A DNA stretch of 64,000 bases from Octopus sinensis. Taxonomy: Eukaryota. Both the position numbers and the translations under genes were made by a program. The DNA lies in the NCBI RefSeq assembly GCF_006345805.1, contig NC_042998.1, forward strand, positions 131,378,001-131,442,000, read 5' to 3'. The first letter of the stretch is position 1. Each line of letters opens with the position of its first letter. Under the pieces are notes generated by a model. That model had not been told where the DNA came from. It saw only the letters and a list, made by a program, of their open reading frames with translations, and did not search any database. Positions 1 to 12,422 of this stretch are shown one piece after another.

Positions 1-88
1 GGGTCGATGTAATCGACTTAATCTGTTTGTCTTTCCTTGTTTGTCCCCTCTGTGTTTAGCCCCTTGTGGGTAGTAAAGAAATAGGTAT
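1..88 (+). mobile_element. 3' tail of tRNA-derived SINE (family B in this report)
   Basis: 'gggtcgatgtaatcgacttaatctgtttgtctttccttgtttgtcccctctgtgtttagccccttgtgggtagtaaagaaata' matches the reverse complement of the 3' end of the intact copy at 44399-44624. Confidence 0.85.
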
Positions 89-779
89 TTCTCGGCCAGG
101 GTTATAGTAGCGGAGACTTTCCCGAGTTGACACGCAGTGGAACTAAAGCCATGAACATTTGATTGAGAAGAAAACATCTTGAACACGCACCTACACCTTT
201 TCCTAAGCATATGCTCTTTTCCCTCAATCATGTTAATTATGATTTTTAAACTACACGCATTTTAAACACGTATATGTACCTATACAGACGAAATCTTCTG
301 ACAATAGAGACAGTGTGACTTCCTATACAGAGCTGAAAAATATTCCTTATGCATTCATCAGTTACCAGAATCCTCAGTAAATGGGATAGAAGTGCTTCCG
401 GTCTTATGTTATGGTTCTTTATATTCTACGTTCAAATCGCACTGAGGTTATCCTTGCCTTTCAACCTAACGAGCTTCGTAAAACATTAGTCAAGTACTGC
501 TGTTGATTTCTATAGTGCATTCTTGATTTTAATGGATAATAACAGAAGGCTTCAGGAAATATTAAAGAAATCAAAAGAAATACTATTTAACCCGGAGCTG
601 TGTATTAAATACGCTGAAATGGTTTGTTTATACGCACATATGCAAAGTCACACATATACACACGCCTATATATATACATACATACACACACACACATATA
701 TATATTTATATATATACATATACATACATACATACATACACATATATATATAGTCTCTCTCTCTCTCTCTCTCTCTCTG

Positions 780-812
<33 letters not shown>

Positions 813-958
813 TGAGAGAGAGAGAGAGACTTGTATGTACGCATGCATTATTATATAAGTATGCGTGTGTATACATCTGTACATACGTGCTGCACATACA
901 GATGTGTTTGTGTATATATATATATATTATATATTGTACTTAAACAAGAATATTATTG

Positions 959-1003
959 ACAATGACTTCGAATTTTCGGTCAGCCCAGCTGTCGTCGGAC
1001 TGT
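959..1003 (-). ncRNA. Degenerate minimal type-I hammerhead ribozyme (family E)
   Basis: ACAGT-CCGACGA-CAGCTGGGCTGACC-GAA-AATTCGAAGT-C-ATTGT; stem I ACAGU/AUUGU pairs. Confidence 0.5.
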
Positions 1004-2097
1004 GATGCATTGAAGTTAATTTTGGTTTTATACAGCCTTTGTTGAGTTAAGAATCTTCTTTGGGAACGTGAATGTGAGTGGAGTAGCAATTGGGTTGTAG
1101 GGTTAATTTTGGTTGAGAGGTGTTTTGGAGAATTTTTTCATTGATTAAATTTGTAGTTATGTTATTGTTTAGAATTTAATCATTATGTAGAACTTTCTAA
1201 GTAAATGTGTATATTCAGGTGTGTTCCCTTCAGATATTGTCTTTTTGTGGTTCCAATAAAAGGATGTAAGTAGGTCTAGGATACGTTAGTACTTTTAGTT
1301 TTATAAGATTTACTCCTTTGTTTTGATAATGTAAAGGTCAAAGTTTCAAAGTTTAGTCCAGTATTTAAAAACTTAGTATTTGGATGTGCCAGCTATCTTG
1401 TGAACCCTTAGTGTTCAGAAAATATTGTAGGAAGGTGGTATGTTTTAGCTGGACAGTTTCTTTACTTGCTGTTGTTGTTGTTATTTAGGGCATTTCCTGT
1501 TTGTATTTGGAAGGTAGGGTTATTAGTCTTGCATATCGTAGTATGTTTAGTATAGAAATTTATTTCCCTTGTGCTTTGATGTTCACAAGATGATTGTTGG
1601 TCTGTATGTTTTTCTCTGGGGATTCGTTGTTCTATAAGCAATATTATTAATATATAGAAATTCTAACCTTTGTATTTTATGTAGGCATAATTTTTGGGCT
1701 ACTTCTTTATAAATATTTATTCAATTCTGTTTCAAATGTGGGCATTTTTTAATAAATTATTTTAGGCCTCCACCTATATGACCCTCTTCCATTTATATAT
1801 ATAACTAAAACTATTGATACATCCTAGACATGCCTACATCCTTTTTGTGAACCACAAAAAGACAATATCTGAAGGGAACACACCCAAACATACCTACCTG
1901 CTTAAAATGTTCTACATACATGAATACATTCTAAACAATATCATAAATCCAAATTCAGTTCATAAAGTTATCTCCAGAACAACCTTCTACCGCCAGCCAC
2001 CCTAAAACCTAATTGCCATTCCTCTCGGACCCTCAAACCAAGGAAGATTCTAATTTAGCAAAGACTACATAAAGCCAAGATTAACTTCAATGCAATG

Positions 2098-2141
2098 CAG
2101 TCCGACAATGACCTAGCTGGCCAACACTTCGAAGTCACTGT
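2098..2141 (+). ncRNA. Degenerate minimal type-I hammerhead ribozyme (family E)
   Basis: CAGT-CCGACAA-TGACCTAGCTGGCC-AAC-ACTTCGAAGT-C-ACTG; perfect palindromic stem III, GUC site, stem I CAGU/ACUG; core damaged. Confidence 0.45.
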
Positions 2142-2638
2142 CTATATTATTCTTGGCAGAAAATGATAATTTGTACTCTACAAAAGTATAGAGTAACGGA
2201 ACAGATTAATGTAAAATTATTTTTATCACACCTGAACATATATAGATGTACATAAATAAATAATTAAATAAATAAATAGCGAAAGATACATACATACATG
2301 GATACATGTGCATAAATATACACATATGAATACACGAACACACGTATACAGTTATAGATATGATATATATATATATTATGTGTGTGTTCAGCACTAGCAT
2401 TTTCACTTACATTCACATATACATTCACATATACATATGGCCTGGCACATATGTGCAGGTATCGATACGCATGCATCTGATGCACGTGCACTTATCAGAC
2501 GCACACACATATGACAGGTGAAGACTCAGGTGTGACTGCCGTAACTAGGTAACTAAAATCTGAGCGCAGCAAATTCTACTGACCTATTTCTTATTTATAG
2601 TGGCTAATGTACTTATATCTTTTGTCACCTCTAAGTGG

Positions 2639-3314
2639 TCTTTGGTAATGGCTATGATGGTAGCGGGCATATAGGTATAACAGTGATGGTTACGGTGATT
2701 GTGATGATGTCTGCTTGTTTGTATATGACTGCATAAAAACCTCCCTCATCGCTCCATACAGATGTGATAGTGGAGATAACTGTGATAGTGATGGTGGTGG
2801 TGGTGCTACTGAGGAGGATGGTGTTGTTAGAGACATTGATGGTTGCTGGGATATAAATAGCAATTATGTGAATTGCATTGTTGTACATTTTGATGGTAGC
2901 GATTGGTGGTGGGCTGGGGGTGATAGTGGTGGTGGTACTGTGCTAGTGGTGGTACTGGTGCTAGTGTTGGAGCTGGTGCTGGGAGTGGTGGTGTTGGTGG
3001 TAGTGGTGGTGGTGGTAGTGGTGGTGGTGGAGAGGCTGGTGGTGCTGGTGGAGGGGCTGGTGGTGGTGCTGGGGGCACCTGGTAGTGGTGGTGCTGGTGA
3101 TGGCGGGGCTGGTGGTGGCAGTGTTGGTGGAGGTGTTAATGGTGGTGCAATTAAGACTGCTGATTACGTTGAGTTTGATTGGTAAACGTGTTAGGACCGA
3201 TGGTTTTATGATCGAAGTGGTTGCTGCTTTAGAGGTGCTTACGAGTATGGTAAATTTGATAAGGCACGATGGATGGAACAGTGTTGTTGATGTTTTCATG
3301 GTGGTGGTGGTGAT

Positions 3315-3350
<36 letters not shown>
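2639..3350. repeat. Degenerate (GGT/GAT)n low-complexity block
   Basis: Gly/Val or Pro/Thr/His runs depending on frame; no consistent frame. Confidence 0.8.
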
Positions 3351-3352
<2 letters not shown>

Positions 3353-4084
3353 TATATATGCAGTTTATTATTTTCGTTTTCTTTCTTTTCCAACACTAGG
3401 TCACCTCTAATTGGACAGACCTATGAACAAAGACATTTCCGTCACAACCTTCAGATCTTTTTCTTCTTTTTAAAAATATACATAAAAATAGATATTGTAG
3501 CGTGTGATTTGTGGAAAATTTAGCTATCATTTATATCAGGCCGATCGGCTGCATCGGGCGTTTTGTGTATGTTTACTGTGTATACGCATGTGAGTGTAAT
3601 GGAGTATATGACTGTGGTGGACGTTGTTGTTGTTATTGTTATTGTTGTTGTTGCTGCTGCTGCTGCTGCTACTACTACTGATGATGATGATGATTATGAT
3701 GTTTTATTACTCTTACTGCTGTTAAAAATATAGTCTTAGGTCAGTGCTGATTGAGATGGCAAACACATAATCAAAGCAATTCAAGCCCTGATCAAACGCA
3801 TGTTTTACGTCTGAGACTTGGCCACATTATCCAATGTATTATTTCTTCTATTAGTATAGTATGGCGTGGTAGTTATTTGGCTGCTATTTCATGCAAACGG
3901 AGTGATCATAAAGAGAGTAGCTCGTTCGCCTCTCACTTCTTAGTTTCGCTTTTCTTTGTTTTATATTTTTTTTGGTAGTGGTGGTGGTAGTGGTGAGCTT
4001 TTGATATTTGCGTCACGGTGTTGTTGATGAGAATCAGTGGTGATGAAATATATAATGGATACTTCTTTTCTTTTCTTTTACTTA

Positions 4085-4565
4085 TTGAAGGCAATGGGCT
4101 GCGGTCATGCTGGGGCACCGCCCTGAAGGGTCTATTCAAATAAGTAGATCCCCGTAGTTATTTTCTTTAAGCCTCGTCTTTATTTTATCGGTCTCTCTTG
4201 CTGAATCGCAAAACTACAGGGACTTAGACAAACCGACACCAATTTTCAAGAGATAATGGGTGACAAACACTTGCACAACGACGCGTGCACATAGGCATAA
4301 ATGCATACATACATATATACATACTTATGTAGTATGTATGTATGTATGTATTCTCTAACACCCATGCCACTACTTATCCCTCACAAATATATATGTATGT
4401 GTGTGTGTACGGGCTTCTTTCAGTTTCCGTCTATCATATCCATTCACAAGGGTTTGGTCGGCCCGGGGCTATGATACAAGACACTTGCTTAATGTGCATC
4501 GCAGTGGAACCCAAGACCACATGGTTGGGAAGGAAGCATTTTACCACACAGCCACGTCTGCGCCT
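4085..4565 (-). mobile_element. tRNA-derived SINE family A, decayed
   Basis: Head 'aggcgcagacgtggctgtgtggtaaaatgcttccttcccaaccatgtgg' on minus; body with 'gaccaaacccttgtgaatggatatgatagacggaaactgaaagaagcccg'; internal microsatellite. Confidence 0.8.
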
Positions 4566-4611
4566 TGATTCAGAATCTTTTATCTGTTGTTGATTTTGCT
4601 TCCGGGTACAC

Positions 4612-4678
<67 letters not shown>

Positions 4679-4844
4679 ACAGCAGCAGCAACTAGAAGTG
4701 CTGGTAACGATAGGAGTGATATTCGTAGTGTAAGTAGTCTACATAAAAATAGTAGGAGGAAATTGTTATCTTTGTGCATAGATCGATATTGATTATTGGA
4801 CATTTATTGGGCAATATAAAACACACACACACACATATATATAT

Positions 4845-5020
4845 AGTGAGAATTTACAAAAAACAAAAGACGAAGACGGGTGTGTAAAAACAAACAGATG
4901 TATTAGTTTAACGCTCGGGAAGTGAGAAAGTCTTTTACACTTCGAGCCTACGCTCTTCGACAGAAATAAACAGGGAGAGGAAATAAAAAAAAGGTTTAGT
5001 GGCTAGCGATCTGTCATGGT
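4845..5020 (-). mobile_element. Short non-autonomous HHR-bearing element (family C), degenerate hammerhead at 4931-4968
   Basis: Homologous to 23413-23641; minus strand CTGTCGA-A-GAGC-GTAG-GCTC-GAAGTGT-A-AAAGA. Confidence 0.65.
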
Positions 5021-5333
5021 AATAAATGTCCGATAATCAATATCGATCTATGCACAAAGATAAGAATTTCCTCCTACTGTTTTATGTAGACTACTTACAC
5101 CACCAGTACCGCTACTGTCGTTACCAGTACTTCTAGCTGCTGCTGCTGCTGCTGCTACTACTACTACTACTATATGTATATACACATACACACATAAAAA
5201 GACATATGTATATATATGTGTGTGTGTGTGTATTTGTGAGGTGTATGTAGTTGTATGGGTGTTGGAGAAAGCAGTCTGGTACAGAATTTTAAAGGAAAAT
5301 TGGTGAATACTAAGGCATTTAAGACTAAGTCAT

Positions 5334-5386
<53 letters not shown>

Positions 5387-5769
5387 TTCGTTAGTAATGA
5401 TAGTGATGGTGGTTTTCCAAATAAGACCTCTGACAGTAATGATGATAACGAAGCTAATGGCTTTGGTGTAGACATGGTCGGCTGAGATACCGTTGTCGGT
5501 GATACTGGTAGTACTGTTGCTATTGTTTTTCCTGTTCCAGTTGGTGCTCATTCTGCTGATACTGTCTATTTTCCCCTTTTTTAATTGTTTCTGACGTTTG
5601 CATAACGTAGGGTAATATATATTTAAAATACTTATGCTTGTTTATGTCACACATTTTTAAATAATGACGTCGTTAGTTGCAGATTTCGTACGAGCCAGGC
5701 GATAGCTCATTGCATTTCTGATTGTGTTTTAAATCTGTGTCTCATCGACTTTCATTGTTTGAAAGGAGT

Positions 5770-6300
5770 TTCTCCAAAATTCAAATAGAAGGCTGAAAGC
5801 TCCTATCCAAACTGTTGAGATTAACATTGTATGGTTGAAAGGTCCATCGTAGTTATAAATGTACTGACTCTTTTATACCAGTACCCTTCATATTAAAATA
5901 CTGTGTTGACCTAATGAACTTGTGGGCAATAGGTCAATTGATGTACCCGAAGAGGTAACCGTGTCGGTGAGGGATCACCAAATAACGTATTTTTGAGGGC
6001 ACGTTAACAGTTCACGTATTCCCTTAAATTTTAGCTTAACGTAGAATCTCTCGTGCTAAATTCTCTCAGAAGTCACTTTGCTGTCTATGTCAAGCTAGTT
6101 ATTCCATATATGTTGAAGAGGCTATATCTAGAGAATATATACTGTGATTTGGATTTATCTAAGCCTTTTTGGAGATGGGTTGGTTGTTTGACAGACAACT
6201 CGGCAGTTGTTTGTGGATTACTGATTCCATCACTTTACCTGTAATGTTAAAAGAAGAAACCGGTCATGTTTTGATGTATTACATCTAAAGACTGTTTTCT
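5770..6300 (-). mobile_element. Degenerate CR1/L2-like LINE reverse transcriptase fragment
   Basis: Minus translation includes VSSFNITGKVMESVIHKQLPSCLSNNQPIS and LKFKGIREL, resembling the 'RPVSLTS..GKxMExxI..QL..L' RT region; multiple stops. Confidence 0.55.
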
Positions 6301-6483
6301 GTAATAGAAAACACAGATGCGATATTTCACTGCTTTGAAAATACAATAAAGGGAATCACAAGCGAAATAAACGATACAGAGTGTTGTCTTGGTCTATGCT
6401 CGTTTTCACACCTCTACAAAAGATATGAGGAGATTTGAGAACACACACACGCATACACACACACATACACACACACGCGCACA

Positions 6484-6566
<83 letters not shown>

Positions 6567-6784
6567 TATATATTTAAATTCTTTTATTTGTTTCGGTCTT
6601 TTGACTGCAGCCATGCTGGAGTGCCACCTATACTCAAAGATATGGAGTATTACTTATTCTATCGGTCTCCTTTGCCGAACAGCTATGTTTCGGGGACATA
6701 AACTCATCAACAAGGGATGGTAGAAGGACAAATTCAGACATGCACACATATACACACAAATATATCTATATACATATATATATA

Positions 6785-7000
6785 CTTTATTTAAAAGCAG
6801 CAGAAATTCAACAAAACCTGTTACTCGGAGTTTCACGTTCCCGTTCGTCGGACAGTTTTTGTTAAAATAGAACGTGAAACTCCGAGTAACAGGTTTTGTT
6901 GAATTTCTGCTGCTTTTAAATAAAGCATATTACTGTACCCCTAGTATTTGAGTACTCTTTTTTCCACCTTGTTTCACATTTATGTGTTTACTCCGGTACA
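6785..7000. mobile_element. Palindromic non-autonomous HHR element (family B)
   Basis: Perfect 56-bp inverted repeat 6785-6840 / 6870-6925; outer flank homologous to 25235-25320. Confidence 0.8.
6818..6855 (-). ncRNA. Minimal type-I hammerhead ribozyme, U4C core variant (family B)
   Basis: CTGT-CCGACGA-ACG-GGAA-CGT-GAA-ACTC-C-GAGT-A-ACAG: stems I, II and III all pair; GUA site. Confidence 0.75.
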
Positions 7001-7019
7001 TATATATATATATTTATAT

Positions 7020-7185
7020 AGTTAATCCAAACATGAAAACACAAAGAGAAAACACAACAACGCGAGGACGTGAAACAAGAATAGTGTTATTGGACGCTGA
7101 GGAAAGAAGGAAAGAAGGAGGGTTTAACGTTTCGAGCAGAGCTCTTCGTCAGAAACATAGGAAAATGAAAGATCCAAAGAAGGGA
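7020..7185 (-). mobile_element. Short non-autonomous HHR element (family A-HHR)
   Basis: Homologous to 20220-20420, 21380-21590 and 32704-32900. Confidence 0.8.
7122..7156 (-). ncRNA. Minimal type-I hammerhead ribozyme, canonical core
   Basis: GTTT-CTGACGA-A-GAGC-TCT-GCTC-GAA-ACGT-T-AAAC; stem I GUUU/AAAC; palindromic ACGU stem III. Confidence 0.8.
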
Positions 7186-7391
7186 CGGGCTTCTTTCAGT
7201 TTCCGTTTACCAATTCCCCTCACAAGATTTAGGCCGGCCCGAGGCTACGGTAGAAACCACTTGCCCAGAGTACCACGCAGTAGGACTGAACCCGGAACCG
7301 TATTATTGGGAAGCAAGCTTCTTACTACACAGCCATGAGCGTGTGCTTGTATATAGAATAAATGGCTTTAGCGCTCAACAATACACACACG

Positions 7392-7431
<40 letters not shown>

Positions 7432-8329
7432 AGTCTATATACACGCATACAAAATTATTTATATTGTGTACATGTATGTGAGTGGTCTCGTGTTGAAGCA
7501 AATGGGACTTGTTACCTTAGCAGAAGTGAATGACAACCCAGTTTCTGAGCCAGTATTACCAATTCCTATTTGCACAAAGTCTTTTCCTTCATAGTTGATC
7601 TACGCGAGCTTTGTAAAAAAGCTGGAATTTTAAAGCAATTACAAAGAAGACAACGTAACACTTGTGTCTAGAAAATATATTGAGTCTTATAATGTTTCCA
7701 TCCTCTTGTGGCTTTGAACAACAGATTTTAGCAATATTCGTAACCAAAAACCAGATTTCAGGCAATTATATAAGATATGTGAGTGTGCTTCTCTGAAATT
7801 GCCAAACTTTGAGTTAGTTTTCAGAAAGTGTCAAGTTGAACTGTTTTATTAACGCTGTGACATTGAATCAAATTGGTTTCAATTTTTTCACACAAGGCTA
7901 AAAATTTCCGGGAAGGGGTAAGTCGATTAAAACAACCTTAGTGTTCAACTGGTAGGTATTTTATCGACCCCGAAAAGATGAAAGGTAAAGTCGACCCCTA
8001 CGGCATTTGCCGACAAGCATTTGTTCCCCCGGGAGGAGGAAAGGCAATGTTAACCACAGGAGAATTTTTTATGTTTTTAATTTAATTAAATTGAATCATA
8101 ATAATGTATGTCTATTGTATGTTTTATGGCGTTCAACTATTGTACACTTTATTGATTACACTAATTACGCCAACACTGCACGATATTATAAACTAGCAAC
8201 TCAGGAAGGAAAATGTTTGTGAGCCCATTCTGTATCAGTTTATAAATACATGTATTGCAACTATCAAATGTTGCATTATGTCCCTAGTTTTCGTTTTCTT
8301 CTATACCCTACATTTCTGGCTGCTATCAG

Positions 8330-8530
8330 TATATGTTACTGAAAATGTAATTTACTCAGGTAAAGTAGGAGCATATTTTGCTATTATTGTTTCTTTTATC
8401 CTTTTCTATTTTGATTTGAGTTGAATTCTAGGATCGTCTTTGATTTATGGATATATTCCTTTCGGATTAACGTTTATTTTTCTTATATATTGCATTCCTT
8501 TGTCTTCGATATATCCTGGATACTTATGCA
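8330..8530 (-). mobile_element. Possible Penelope-like endonuclease C-terminal remnant
   Basis: Minus translation ends RIKETIIAKYAPTL, similar to the 'RxxKExxxIxKxxPxLN' tail of PLE GIY-YIG domains; very decayed. Confidence 0.3.
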
Positions 8531-8937
8531 CCTTTAAGTGTGCGTATGTGTATATATTTGTTGCATGAAAGTTAGATGTACATACATACAATCGTACAAA
8601 CACAAATATACATGCATAAATATATGCATACAAATATACATACGTACAATCGTACACATACAACTACACACGAGCACACACTTGCGCACACTTGTACACA
8701 TATATTCTACATTTCATAGTGTCATCCTTTCTCTCATACGTATATGTATGTATGTGTGCGAGTGCATGTGTGCTGTTCCTCATAATATTCACTACTGTGT
8801 GTGTATGAGCGTGTGTATGTGTGCGTGTGTGTGTGTGTGTCATTGTTTGCGTATTTACATTTGAATTACTTTTTTTTTTAATCAAGTTGAACTATTTTAT
8901 CAAAATTGCGACACTAAACTAAATTAATTGCATACAC

Positions 8938-9340
8938 AGACGCAGAAGTTACTGTGTAGTAAGAAGCTTGCTTCCCAACAAAATGATTCCGAGTTCAGTC
9001 CCACTGCGTGGTGCCTTGGGCAAGTGTCTTCTACAACAGCCTCGGGCCGACCAAAGCTTTGTGTGTAGAATTGATAGACGAAAACTGAAAGAAGCCTCTC
9101 GTGTATATATATATATATATATATATACTATTTTACTCTTTTACTTGTTTCAGTCATTTGCCTGCGGCCATGCTGGAGCACCGCCTTTAGTCGAGCAAAT
9201 CGACCCCGGGACTTATTCTTTGTAAGCCCAGTACTTATTCTATCGGTCTCTTTGCCGAACCGCTAAGTGACGGGGACGTAAACACACCAGCATCGGTTGT
9301 CAAGCAATGCTAGGGGGACAAACACAGCCACTCCTGCGCC

Positions 9341-9376
<36 letters not shown>

Positions 9377-9650
9377 TGTATGTATGTATGTATGCATGCA
9401 TGCATGTATGTATGTATGTATGTATGTATGTATGTATGTATGTATGTATGTATGTCTGTATGTATGTATGTATGTATGTATATCTGTGTCTGTGTTTGTC
9501 CCCCTCTACCATCGCCTCATAATCGATATAATAAGCATTAGGCTTACAAAGAATAAGTCCTGGCGTCGATTTCTTTGTCTAGAGGTGGTACTACAGCATG
9601 GCTACAGTCAAATTATTGAAATAAGTAACAGAATAAAAGAATAATTACAA
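8938..9650 (+). mobile_element. SINE family A hosting a nested SINE
   Basis: Head 8938-9105 with 'gagttcagtcccactgcgtgg' B-box-like motif; tail 9485-9650 ending 'aagtaacagaataaaagaataa'. Confidence 0.8.
9129..9341 (-). mobile_element. Internally deleted SINE family A copy inserted in (TA)n
   Basis: Tail joined directly to the first ~20 nt of the head via ACACAG (9322-9327). Confidence 0.8.
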
Positions 9651-10340
9651 GAGAATATATTCAAAGTCATAAACAAGCGAGGTAAGTCGCATCAGGTCCG
9701 ATTCAGGAGTGATGACATCCATGCTTGTAAGTTATCAATACTGCGTACCCTAAACGTGGCCCGGTGTAAGCTACGTCTATGGCTTCCAGTTGTTTTAACA
9801 CCAGGCGCATTGAAGAGAAAACATTTTCTTATGCCTATAAACACAGCCTAACCACGAACTAGCAAAACACATACCTTGTGTGTTCGATATTGTTTATATC
9901 CATCAAGCTGGTTTTAACTCATAGTTCAATATATATGTGTGTGTGTACACACATACACACACACACACACACACATACATATACTACATATAATATTATA
10001 CTATTATTTTTCCATAGTAACTTCCTCTCCATAACTTAAAAAGCCTTTCGTGTTTGTTTATAAATATTATATGTAATATTAGGCAGTTTAAGTATATATC
10101 AACTGCATTTGGCTGAAATCGATGGGTAACCGTTTGGCCAATCAGATGTGCAAGGAGCCGTGTAAGCGTTGATTTGTTGGTTCGATTCTGCCTGAGGTGA
10201 GCTCATCATTTTTCGACCATTTGTTTGTATTTAAAAATTGTCGTTTCAAATCGCAGAATAAATATTTTATATATATACATGTGTTTGTGTGTGTGTATGA
10301 GTGTATATATATATATATATAATATATATATATATAATAC

Positions 10341-10379
<39 letters not shown>

Positions 10380-11344
10380 AATGAATTATACTGAAGACTC
10401 ATTGGCGTTCGAATTTGTTTACCTCTTTGTTTTATTCAACATTTCTAGATTTCTAAATTAGCACTTTATGCTTTTAAATTAGAACAATATCCATCATGAT
10501 TTCCTCACTCTTCCAAGACGTCTACCATTTTAGAAACCATATTTTCGGTCTTTCTGAATGAAATGATGTGTATTGCATGTTGATTTTATGTTGTGTATTG
10601 GGCACCAAGGCACCATGTTAATAACTTTGAACTGTTAAAATCTCCATTGTTGTATTTAAAAAATGATTAATCAATGATTCCTGGTTACATTCACAGTTTA
10701 ATTTCACTTGAGCTGTATAGTTGATATGATTTGGGGTTTGTAGTTTCCGCTATTAATAAAGCCGTTATTGTTTGTGTATTTTTTCTATATTTGCGTGTAT
10801 ATGTGGAATTCTATTTCAACTAATTTAGATTCGTTTCGTACTTTGTATATAGGGTTCTATGCATTTTCATATATACGTATGTGTAAGTCTGTGAGCGTGT
10901 TTATTTATATGTAAATGTGCTTGTAGGTGTATTTCATAATGTATTTGGAATTGTGTGTGTTTGTGTGTAAGTGTTTTCATAAATCGGCCTTGCTTTGAAA
11001 GTGTTGGCAAAAATCCCATTTAATTCCTTCTCTCGGGGATAAAATGTATTCTTATTCCAGTTAACGTTTCTAAAAGCTTGCTGTGCGCCTTTCTCTCAAA
11101 GACTTATGAATATTTTCATAAAAACACTGCTAACTTGCCAAATTTTCTATCAACAAATCTGGAAATATTACAAATCTAATAATGATAATGAAGAAAATAT
11201 TTGAAAATATATATAAACAATGAAATTTCGAGTAACAAAACAAAAGAGAAAATATAATGAGTGTATAAAAGATAGTATTGTTATTAAAAAAAAGTAAAGC
11301 AGCCCAATCGTGAACCTTGATTTACATACTCTATTTAAAGGCAA

Positions 11345-11401
<57 letters not shown>

Positions 11402-11711
11402 AACATATATACATATATATGCATATATATATACATATACATATATATATATATTTATATATACATATGTATACATGTATATGTATATGCATATATATAT
11501 ATATATATATATGTATATATTCATTTATATGCATATTCATACATTTATCTATATACACAGAGGAGGGAGAGAGATGCATACGTACGTATACACAACAATG
11601 GTAGCCGATTCTAGAGTAGAAAAAATAATTAATGAACCTCACGCTAGAATCCAAATATATGTGCATGTGTGAGTGCGTGTCTGATGTGTACAAATGTATT
11701 TTGCAGTTGAG

Positions 11712-11762
<51 letters not shown>

Positions 11763-12372
11763 GTATGATGTATATATTCACATACATATAGATACATATA
11801 TATATATGTAACATGCACACACACGTACAATACATATATATATATATATAAACTATAAACATATAGATGCATATATATATAATTGTTTGATATTTCATGA
11901 ATCTGTGTGTTTATAAATAAATATATAATGATGAAGAGGAAGATGACAACGACTAAGATGTCAATGATAGTAATGATGTACATATGTAAATATTTGGGTG
12001 CTGGTATACACATTCAATACACATACATACATGCTTCCATATATTTATACACTCATACATGCAATTCATAACTTCTTAGATGATGGTGCCTAAATTCCCT
12101 ATGAAAGAGCCTAGTTTCTGTCTTGGAAATTTTCCCCGCCCCCTTCTGTCGTTCTCACACACTTCTTCCCTTTGGTGAGAAAGTTAAAATAATCAGAAGA
12201 GATTCACACTTAGGTATATACAGATATAATGTATGCGCACAAACGCACACACACACACACACACACACACATACAGTCATACATGCATTGCTTGCATGCA
12301 TGCATACATACGTACATACGTACATACGTGCTTACAAAATGATTGGTAATTATATTTCGACAATATGTGTGC

Positions 12373-12422
<50 letters not shown>

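Larger units (their letters stand above)
950..2155. mobile_element. Decayed Penelope-like element with inverted terminal copies, each ending in a degenerate hammerhead (family E)
   Basis: 950-1300 (minus) is homologous to 1803-2155 (plus). Both arms end in an HHR-like motif with palindromic stem III A(C/A)TTCGAAGT-C. The PLE assignment is inferred from HHR plus inverted pLTR architecture; no ORF was recognised. Confidence 0.55.
6575..7340 (-). mobile_element. SINE family A interrupted by two HHR elements
   Basis: SINE tail at 6575-6745 and head at 7185-7340; the internal microsatellite hosts 6785-7000 and 7020-7185. Confidence 0.8.

Noticed and set aside
2715-3353. Pro-rich, Gly-rich and His-rich ORFs suggesting a formin/WASP-like or structural protein
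   Set aside because: All frames read through a degenerate (GGT)n tract, the Pro-rich frame switches mid-way, and there are no convincing splice sites
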